Assembly: GCA_000004985.1 (NCBI GenBank)
Contig: GG738862.1
From: Naegleria gruberi
Lineage: Eukaryota
Reading direction: 5' to 3' (one strand)
Length of the DNA stretch: 64,000 bases
Shown here: positions 34,949-44,492 of the stretch, in pieces
Position numbering within the stretch: position 1 is the first letter of the stretch
Layout: every line of letters begins with the position of its first letter
Notes under the pieces: generated by a model
Seen by the model: only the letters and a program-made list of their open reading frames with translations
Told to the model about the DNA's origin: nothing
Database searches by the model: none
Translations under genes and position numbers: made by a program

Positions 34949-36253
34949 TTAGTAATGTTTCTTGTGATGTTTCTTTGGTTTCTTGTGGTGTCTCTTTCCT
35001 CTCTTCTTTTCCTTCTTTTCATTCTTATCACATTCTTCCTTCTTCTTGCAAAATTCAGAATCTTTGTGATAAACCTTGAAAATGTCAACCATACCATCCA
35101 TGTGATGGTTATCAATGTGACAATGGAATAACCAGTTACCAGTATTGTCAACTTCAACATCCAAAGCTCTGGCAATACCTGGAGCTACGAAAACTGTATC
35201 TACTCTTCTGATACCATCTTCCAATCCAACAATACCATGCCAGTGAACTGGATGCAAATCAAAGTTACCAATAGTTCCTGCATACCATCTGACTCTTTCA
35301 CCTTCACACATAGAGAATCCACCAATATTGTTAATACTCATGTATCCATTGATTGAATCCTTTTGATTACTGGCAGTTAATGAACCAGCTTTGAATGCCT
35401 TGTATTGAGCTTCTGTCAATGTACCAGTTGCATTCAAATACTTTTGAATGTTTTGATCCAAGTAGAAACTGGTTTGTTCGTTGAAAATCTTTGGAAGAAC
35501 AAAGAATTCTCTATCAACATCCTTTGGAGAACCATCCTTTCTAGCATAACCTTTTTTAGTAATAACAATGAAACCAATCAAACCAGCTTGAGTTTCTGCT
35601 GGTTCATCCAAAGCATGTGAGTGATACATCCAAGGAATTGAACTCAATGGACTGTCTTCAAGTGGACCTGCACGATCAGGAACATTGAAAATATATTCGA
35701 AACTAGCACCAGCAGGTACAGCATCACCAGTTCCAGGACTAGCAAATGACATATCCTTATCATTATCTACGTAGGCAGCTCCTTCTGATAACTTATCATA
35801 TTGAACACCATGAGGATGGATACCAGCTGGGAATTCCAACTTGTTTCTAAACAAAACTCTAATTTGTTCACCAACTTCTCCTCTAATAATTGGACCAACA
35901 ATTCCCAAATGTGGAGCTTGTTCCTTCTTTGTGGTAAAAGTCTTGTCAGTATACTCGATATACTTTGCCTTCAAATATTTAAGACCAATGGTTGTGGCAG
36001 ATGGACGATGATTGACTCCAAATTCCATTCCCATGAACATATCCTTTCCATAAGGTCCATAATTCCACTCAACTCTTTCAGCTTGAATGTAATAACGTCT
36101 AATACGAGTTGGCTTGAAAGGTTTCTTTGAAGGAATATTGTTTTCTGCTGGAAGATTTGGTTTTGGCAATGAATGGTCTTCACCATTATGTGCCAAAACA
36201 AGTGCAGCAAAGAAGAGAGAGATTACCAAGAGACAAGTAAGTGTCTTGTGCAT
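34949..36253 (-). CDS. Secreted two-domain multicopper oxidase, ceruloplasmin/hephaestin-like (434 aa) with a His/Lys-rich tail
   Basis: Signal peptide MHKTLTCLLVISLFFAALVLA. RRYYIQAERVEWNYGP parallels ceruloplasmin REYYIGIIETTWDYAS. Copper ligands HPHG, HSH, HPVHWHG and HCHIDNHHMDGM. C-terminal KRHHKKPKKHHKKHY. Confidence 0.85.
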   Translation of the reverse strand: MHKTLTCLLVISLFFAALVLAHNGEDHSLPKPNLPAENNIPSKKPFKPTRIRRYYIQAERVEWNYGPYGKDMFMGMEFGVNHRPSATTIGLKYLKAKYIEYTDKTFTTKKEQAPHLGIVGPIIRGEVGEQIRVLFRNKLEFPAGIHPHGVQYDKLSEGAAYVDNDKDMSFASPGTGDAVPAGASFEYIFNVPDRAGPLEDSPLSSIPWMYHSHALDEPAETQAGLIGFIVITKKGYARKDGSPKDVDREFFVLPKIFNEQTSFYLDQNIQKYLNATGTLTEAQYKAFKAGSLTASNQKDSINGYMSINNIGGFSMCEGERVRWYAGTIGNFDLHPVHWHGIVGLEDGIRRVDTVFVAPGIARALDVEVDNTGNWLFHCHIDNHHMDGMVDIFKVYHKDSEFCKKKEECDKNEKKEKKRGKRHHKKPKKHHKKHY

Positions 36254-37345
36254 TTCTTTCGTTTTTTTGATTGTTTTGATGATAAAGTTGTTCAGTCCAT
36301 TAGGCTTATAAAGGAATGGTATATGAAATGCCTGGTTACTAATTAATAGTGAAAGTTGAACGCTAAAAACTTAAGTAAATCCTTTTATGTACTTTGAGAT
36401 GAGGAGAGGTCATTTCCAATCTAATTGATGAAGTCTTTTCGGGTGTAGGACATTGTTGTAATTTTAAACATTGGTGTTCTGTATTATTTTTCCTCCTTAA
36501 TCTTAATGTTGATTTGATATGTTCATATATTACTATGAGGAATTAATAATTATTTGTGTGGTTGTGATGATGAGGGAATTCATAGTCATTGTGTTGTTTG
36601 ATGTCTGGCGAATATTTTTTTAAAAAGATTTTTTTGTTAAATATTTTTTGGTGATTACAATAATTATTTAATAAATATTATTTAAAAAAATGTGCCATCA
36701 TCAAATTGTCATTGATAGCTAGCGGATTCGATCCAGATTGATCGCGATCAATATATTTTGGCTTAACAACAATAAATAGTAATAACACCATCAAGCAATT
36801 CATATTATTACCTTCATCAAAAAGTATAATAGTTGATAGTAGAAACAATGGCAGAACAAGAAGTACCAATATTGATACACAAAATCTCATGAGCAGAATA
36901 TTCGTTACTTTTGGTCATTCCAAATTCTCCTCCAATCATACAAAACAATTAAAAGTTGTGCGTCCGACACTATTACATCAACACTGGTTATTTCCAAGCA
37001 AATTTATATTAATATAATAACATGATCATTAGCAAACCATATGATAATTATAATTATAATTTTCCATCGATATCAAGGAGTGTAGTTGTTGCTGGCTTGT
37101 TGTTGATATCAACAACCTTTGCAGATTGCGTGTCCAAATTCGAAGCCTATCTTCGGAAAGATCCCAAATAGCAGGTTGCCTTCTCTGGACTCAACGAGTA
37201 AGCACAAGCCAACAACAGGGATGGCTTGACTATTTTGCACCATTTAGAATAATTATTTGATGGACAAAACACAAACTTTTGAAGGTTTGATATGCTTGCT
37301 CGTTAATCGAAAGGTTTCAATTTTGTTAACAATAGAAAAAACAAG

Positions 37346-39563
37346 ATGAAGATTCCCCTGCCGACACAAAGTTATGAACAACAAGAACATTTAGTTAGTA
37401 CTGACGAGGAAGAGGAAGATGATTTTTCATCATCTCTTTCGTATTGTTCCTCTTCGTATGTGATGGACCAAATTATGATGAAAAGGAAGAATTCGTTTAG
37501 TGGTGGTAGTTATGGAGCAGCACATCAACAATTGTATGGTAATGAAGAGGAGGAAAGGAATCATGTCATTTGGTGTGATGTGTGTAAACAGGAAGGATTT
37601 GAAGAAGCTGCCACTCATTACTGTTCAACATGTTTCAAGGAAAATCAGAAAGATAAGAGTAATCGAGTGATTGTTGTTCAACAAAATGATGAAAGGGAGA
37701 GTTTGGAAGAAGAGGAAGACGAATCGAATGTAACAATATGTCACTATTGTCAATATCATGCCAATAGACATAATAGGAGAGATCCACTGCATCAAATAGT
37801 GTCCATTAGACAGGAAAGGATATTTGCATCATCGAGCTTGTTACGTTCTGGTTCATTCATGTCGAGTGCTTCATCTTTTGATTCGAACATGTCCAATTCA
37901 TCACCAATTCCTTTTTTCACAACTGGTAGTACATCAACTGGACCACTGTTCAATTATGGTTGTAATGGTAATAACAGCAGTAGTAATAACATGTTGGCGA
38001 GTAGTAATATTGTCAGATATTGTTTTAAACATGAAGAGGCCATTCCACTTAATACCTACTGCAGAACTTGTGAATTGGTAATTTGTTCTCAGTGTGCCTT
38101 GTCCAAAGCACATAAAGGACACTTGATTGAGTTAATCAAGGATGTAGAAAATAGTGAAAGAATGCAATTGGGTGAACATGTTAAGGTTCTTAAACAATCA
38201 TTCGAAGAATGGGAAGAGGAGTTCAGTGTCCATGATGAAGACTTGGAGGAAGAACTGACACTAATTGATGAACGAGAAGAATCACTCACATATCAGATTA
38301 ATTTAGCATTTGATGAAATGAAGGAATGTCTAGAAAAGAGAAGAAATGTTCTCATAGAACAAGTGGAACAATCATCTCATGAAAACAAACAATCTGTTCA
38401 TAACATTCTCAAAATGAAGAAGGAATCCAAAGAGTTACTTGGAGAGTTTGACAATTTGGAAGAGATGAGTGGATTTGATGTAATTGATAAAAAGTTGAAT
38501 AGACTCAATCTTATCATTGTACTATACGAAAAGATGCAAAAAGAATTCAAGACGAGAAAACTCTCTGACCTTCATAGAATATCTCTGGACAAGTTTGCAA
38601 GTAGGAAGAATATTATTCAACATCACATTGATGAGCTAGGTCAAGTTGTCAAGAAGACAAATGATGATTCTGGTCCATCATCGACTTCTGTACCTATCAA
38701 TTTCAAACATATAGAAACTATTGGATCAGCTAGCAATTCAAATAATAAGCATGTGCAGTTTAGCTTTCCATCCGATGTTAAAATTTCTCATCAACATGCA
38801 TGTATTGTTGTAGCAGATTTTGGCAACAAGAAGATTCGTGTTTTGGATTTGATAACTAGGCAGTTCAAGTACGATATTGATACTGCGTCAGCTCCAAGAA
38901 ACATTTCAATAGATCACACAGATGACGACTCTATTATTGTATCATGTGCAGATCACTGTGTTTACAAGTATTCATTACTTAATCAGGGAAAGTCAATAGT
39001 TTGGAGGAGCGGATCGCCAAATGAGAGTGGAAATTCTCAACATCTTTTCAAATATCCAAGAGCAAGTATTGTGGATATAGATGGCAATGTATACGTGTGT
39101 GATCATGGTAATCACCGAATCAAGGTATTAACATCTAGCAATGGCCAATTTGTGAAAATTATTGGAATAGATCAAAATTCAATTTAAACGGCCTTGGGGT
39201 GTTTGTATTGATAAGGATGGAAATTTAGTTATTAGTGAGAAGAAGAATAATAGAATACAAAGAATATCAAAGGAAGGAGATATTTCACTCTTTATGTTAG
39301 GAAAGAAAGGATCATCTCAATACGAATTTAACAAACCGAGAGGTATATTAATTGACAATCACACTGAGCATATGTTTATTTGCGATGGAGCTAATCATAG
39401 AATACAGGTATTTTCCAAAGCAGGAAAATTAATCAAAACCTTTGGTTCTGAAGGTTCCAAATCAAGCCAATTATTTCAACCTCATAGTTTATGTTTTGAT
39501 TCAGTGAGTGGTCAATTATTTGTAGCGGATTGTGGAAATCACCGAGTACAGATATTCCAATAA
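37346..39563 (+). CDS. B-box zinc finger, coiled coil and NHL-repeat protein (TRIM-NHL-like, no RING seen), with an apparent 1-nt frameshift at about 39170-39185
   Basis: B-box: CFKHEEAIPLNTYCRTCELVICSQCALSKAHKGHLI (C-x2-H...C-x2-C...C-x2-C-x5-H-x2-H), plus an upstream C/H cluster. A ~200-aa E/K-rich coiled coil. NHL repeats HACIVVADFGNKKIRVLDL and VYVCDHGNHRIKVL continue after an a-run in another frame as RPWGVCIDKDGNLVISEKKNNRIQ, MFICDGANHRIQVF and LFVADCGNHRVQIFQ (ORF 39294-39563). Confidence 0.75.
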
Positions 39564-39616
39564 ACTTTTAATCGCTTTCACTGCTGCTTGAATTGTCTTG
39601 CTTAGAGCTTAGAAAC

Positions 39617-42600
39617 TTAATTGCCTTGTTTGGTGAATTCCATGTAACCCAATCTTTTTCCTTGTGAATTGAATGGAAAGGAGTTCTTTTTTGAACTATC
39701 GTGTTCGTAAAGTGTAGAATCTGAAAAGTTAGCAGTAAATTTCTTTGTTCCGACTGTAAGTTCCATATATCTTGGATACCTGTCTCTATGGTACTTTCGT
39801 TTTCCTCTCAGCAACTTGGCGCTTGTTTTGGCGTCGAAAATTATAAACTCCTTTCCCGAATTATAAACTGTGACCTTATATTTTGAAGCTTTCTTTTGCT
39901 TAAATGGAGCGTAGGCATGTTCAAGGAAATTATTCTTTGTAGGATTGAAAGAGCCAATATGTTGTTGTCCTGGATCTATTTGAATGAATTCAATTTGTGG
40001 AGAGAGGTTACTATTCATCTTTTTTGGTCTCAGAATTTCCTGAATGTCATTAAGGGAGTACTCAAAGAATGTTGATAATTTGAGGTTATTGGTAATGTAT
40101 TTTACACGTTGATCTATTTTTCTAAATCCCTCACTTGCAGTGTCATATGCAAAAGTAATGTCCACTTGTGAATAGTCATGCTTCTTTGATGGTTCTGTTA
40201 GTGATAAATCTCTTTCTGTACTCTCTATTGTTCTTCTTCCTTTAATCGACACAAGAGCGTCAAATTCGTGAAGTTTTTTAAACGAGTTGATAATCATTAA
40301 AATTCTTGCAAGACCATTAAATTGAGTGATGGTTGGCTTTAGATCACCTAATAAAATAGGATTTACCACCTTCTTAATATCGTAGCCACAAATACCTATC
40401 CTAAACCCTCTCATTGCATACTTTATCAATCTAGTTTCAAAAGTTGTTGATTGTCTATCCACATCCACAATATTACATCTAGTTCTTATTGCTTCTCTAG
40501 CTCTTGGTACGCAAAATACTTGATTTCCATCAAAACCAATGCTGCAACAGGCAATATCAAATCCCATCAACACTTCAGCCTTTTGTTTATCAAAAGATTT
40601 GTAAATTCTCAAAATTACTTAAACTTACTGGTGATTTGTAAATTCTCAATACTATTTGTACAGATTTTTTGTGATATCCTGAACATTTGAAGGTGATAGC
40701 ATGTTGTGTTCTGATAATTAGTAATTCTCCATCCTTAGTATTTTTCTTGAAAGTGTTAAAAATACTAACAATCTTCTTTTCAGCATCTGTTTCTGAAAGA
40801 CCATACAAAAATAAATCAATATCACTCTTTCTCCAAGGCTTATTTTGGAAATACTGTCTAATGGTATATTCTTCTGATGAAGTATTTTGACTCGGGCTAA
40901 ATTTAGTATGCATATCATTTTCTTCATCTGTCACGTAATCATCATCTGATGAATCATTAGTATTTGGAGCTTCTCCATCACTTGCATCGTTATTACCCCA
41001 AAATTTGGAAAGACTTTTTTGTTGTTTCCATAGCTCAGTATTATATAACCTGCCACGTGAAAATTGTGTATCGCTACGAACTTTAACTTTCAAACAGGAA
41101 GCTAAAACTGATCCTCCAGCCACAAAAACATTAGACCAATCCATCTCCTTAAATATTCCATCTGTGAAAATGTCAAATTGTTTCAGAAATTGTTCTCTTG
41201 ACTCTACAAGTTCAGGAGGTGTAGGAATTGTTAAGGATGACTTTTTGGCTAGCTCAAAAGCTTCACAAGGATCCTCAAAGTTGAAAAGTAACTTGCTTGG
41301 TTCCAAAACTGGATCTTTGCACCTGAAAGATTTCCTAATACTGTTGCTAGATCCAAAAATATTAATCAAGTTGATATATGGATCATTGAGGATTACATTT
41401 TCTCTATCAGCAACAAATAAATTTCTCAAAAAGTCCTCATATCTTTTGTATTTCAAATTCTTTTCTCCGATTTCTTCTATTGGATATCTACAAATATCAA
41501 AATATTCTAGAATACCGTTCAATCTGAAATATTTAGCCTCACTATAGACTTGTTTCTTTGTTTCTGTTAGAGTTGGGAAATTATCAATCTTTCCATTCAA
41601 AAGATATTCATGAATAAATTTGAAAATTTCTGGATCTCTATCAATAAATATTTCGATTCAATTTGGTAGAATTCTTTACAATGGTATAGAGCAAACTGTC
41701 AGGTTCTCTCAAAAGCTTGGATTTGGTTAAACTAAACTTGACTCCTCTAACATTGAAAGTGATATCCGTCATGTTCTTGGACATTTCCATTTCTTTCAAG
41801 TCTTCGAATTCCCTGGTTAGTTTTTCTTTTTGGTCCTTGATATATTTCTCAACTTTTTCCTTTTCTTCAAGAGTGATCATGGCAAACTTGGAATAAAATT
41901 CCTCATCCAAAGCTTCGTCGACCAGAGAAGAAGAAACTACTTCGGGTACTTCATCTGGAATATAGATATTCTTTCGTTCTCTAACCTCATTCTTGTAAAT
42001 ATCTATAAGTGATTTTAACTTGATAGTGAGTTTATCAAGCGCAAAAAAGTCTGATTCCTCCAAAAGCTTTTTCAAACGTTTGATATTCCTCTTACTTGCA
42101 TCCTCCCAAATACCAATATGAGTGGTTGAACCAGTTCTCAAGTGTTCCAAAATTATTGGAAAATATTCAGGATCTCTATCAATTAAAATACACCCATTCT
42201 CATCCTTATCGACTCCAAACTGAGATTCCAACATGACACGAAGCATATTATCCCTCTTACACAAAGTAGACATTGTGCTTACAAAAATCTTCCCTCTCAA
42301 ATTAAGTTTCACAATATTTTCCTCTTGTTGGGACAATTCAAATTCTTGTAAAACTTGTTTTCCATGAACATCCATCTCTGCAACCTCTTCTCCATCATCT
42401 CCACCAGAAAAACGCTCCACAAGCAATTCAACTTCCTTCTTCTTCATCTCATTCCGCTTCACTTCATCCTTCAACTCGATCAAACTCTCAACTCTAAATC
42501 TTTCCAAAGCCCGACGTTCCTTCCAAATATTTCTCTTACTTTCCATCTCCTTATCATCAAGAACACGAACATTTTTTTGATCATCATCATCACCCGAAGG

Positions 42601-42669
42601 CTGATTATTATTTTCCTTTCCGTGATGATCTTTTAGAGTTTCGTTTTTACGCTTCTTTGATTGCGGCAT
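39617..42669 (-). CDS. Tandem BTB/T1-domain protein with an N-terminal charged coiled coil and a large C-terminal domain of unknown function (about 1000 aa). It has one 49-nt intron and one apparent 1-nt frameshift.
   Basis: BTB#1: IVKLNLRGKIFVSTMSTL...ILIDRDPEYFPIILEHLRTGS. BTB#2: ITFNVRGVKFSLTKSKLLREPDSLLYTIV... then, after a frame slip near 41645-41655, IFIDRDPEIFKFIHEYLLNGKI. Intron on the minus strand at plus 40580-40628 (gtaagtttaag...aaacaaaag) joins ...VLRIYKSP to AEVLMGFDIACCSIGFDGNQ. The C-terminal region carries FVAGGSVLAS, DIDLFLYG and GFDIACCSIGFDG motifs. Confidence 0.55.
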
Positions 42670-42894
42670 TTTTTTTAATGTTTTTTTGCCAGTTTTGAAA
42701 GGAAATTTATAGATTTTACAATGAGATCAAAGATCATGAAAATTGAGTTGTTGACTTCTAGCGGAAAATTGAAGATTGAAAATATTATTGAATAAGACAC
42801 TTTACAAAAATTGGATAAAAATGGAAATTTGATAAGAGATGGACGAAACCCTTTGAAATTTCAAAAATCAATTTTCCTAAACATCAACAAAAAA

Positions 42895-44457
42895 ATGTCT
42901 CTTCAAGGTTGGACCCTTTCGAATAACATAATCTTCTTCCTCCTCTTGTTGGTTTCCACAACTTTCGTCTATTGTGATTTTCAACCAAGAGAGCTTCATC
43001 TTGCATTCACCAACAATCCAAATGAACTTGTTGTTTCCTTCCACACTTCAAACTATTCGGAACAACTTTTAGGTAAACCTCTCATCACCTTCAGCACAAG
43101 TGAAAATTTAGCAAATTACGAAACTGCAAGTATTGGAAGTGTTGTTACAAGTTATGGAGATTCGTCCAAGACAGGATTTGATTTTCATGTCCTGTTAACA
43201 AATTTGAAATTTGCTACCAAGTATTACTACAAGTGTGGATTTGAAAAGGCAGAATTCTTATCCGAAACTTTCTTCTTTTACACAAGAACTGATCCGATGT
43301 CAGACGAAAGTAAGGAGACCACTATTGTTATCTATGGTGATCAAGGAACAACCAACAGCAAATATGTTATTGCTCAAACTCAAGGTTTCGTCTCAAATTT
43401 CCTTCAAAAATCAAAGAATAAGAATTTATTCATTTATCATTTAGGTGACATTGGTTACGCTGACGATTTTGCTGGTGCAATGTATCAACCAATTTGGACT
43501 AAATACATGCAAATGATGAATAGAATTATGCCATATGTTCCATATATGGTTTGTGTTGGAAATCATGAAGTAAGTTTATTTGGAGCAATTATTTATTCGA
43601 ATCTACTTATTAGAATGGTCCTCAAAATAAGCCATATGATGAATTTGAAGCTGGTTTCCAAGCTTACAATCACAGATTCTTCATGCCAAGTAGAAACGAT
43701 TCCTCAATCGGTCACAACATGTGGTACACTTTCAAACAAGGATTAATCACATTCATTGCAACCGATACTGAAACTAATTTCCCTCAATCATTCTTCCCTC
43801 AATATGATAATCTCTTTTCTGGAAATAAGAATCAATTAATTTGGTTGGAAGAAACTTTGAAGAATGTCGATAGAAAGGAAACTCCATTTTTGATTATTGT
43901 TGGACATCGTCCAATTTATTCATCAGATTATGCATTTTCTGATATTCCTGGAAATATTATTGGAGAATCTCTTAGATTACAAGCAGCATTTGAAGATTTA
44001 TTGTACAAATATCATGTTGATATTGCATTTTATGGACATGTTCATTCCTATGGTAAGTGAATTCTTGAATTTTCCAAATATTTAACAATTTTTTGTAATC
44101 TTTGTAAAATATTTTTCAATTATTTCATTATTTAATTATTGGAAATTGATATCAATTTCTCGAGTAGAAAGAACTCATCCAGTCTACAAAACTAAAGTAG
44201 AATCCAAAACCAACATGCACAATCTCAGATATCCAATTCACATTGTCAATGGAGCTGGTGGAAATATCGAAGGTTTGACAGCAACCAAAGATTATCATTT
44301 TGGACATGAATGGACTGCTTCCATTTACAATAAGGATGAAGGTTTTGGAGTCCTCAAAACTTCTTCTGATTCCAAAGTCAACTCGTTAACATTTAATTAT
44401 TTTGCTGCCACAACTGGACAACAAGTTGACACATTCACCATAACCAAGGACATTTAA
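42895..44457 (+). CDS. Secreted purple acid phosphatase (metallophosphatase), three exons
   Basis: Signal peptide MSLQGWTLSNNIIFFLLLLVSTTFVYC. Motifs GDLG...D (as HLGDIGYADDF), CVGNHE and GHVHSYER. The 44-nt intron at 43570-43613 (gtaagt...tattag) restores NHE|NGPQNKPYDEFEAGFQAYNHRFFMP. The 115-nt intron at 44053-44167 (gtaagtgaa...cgagtag) restores GHVHSY|ERTHPVY. Exons: 42895-43569, 43614-44052, 44168-44457. Confidence 0.8.
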
Positions 44458-44492
44458 TAAATGTCAAGGTCAATCATTTCACCTGCAGACAA

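Noticed and set aside
34909-35175. 88-aa minus-strand ORF overlapping the 3' end of the multicopper oxidase gene
   Set aside because: It is an alternative frame of the MCO's His/Lys-rich tail. The MCO frame carries the conserved copper ligands.
36715-36750. Palindromic gcggattcgatccagattgatcgcgatc resembling a tRNA T-arm or hairpin
   Set aside because: No acceptor stem or anticodon arm can be built around it. It is probably a chance inverted repeat in intergenic DNA.
40594-40650. A ~39-bp tandem duplication (gatttgtaaattctcaa appears twice) as the cause of the break between ORFs 39617-40612 and 40590-41600
   Set aside because: The same segment reads as a 49-nt intron, plus 40580-40628 with GTAAGT donor and AG acceptor, that restores the frame exactly. 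I listed it as an intron and flagged the ambiguity in the findings.
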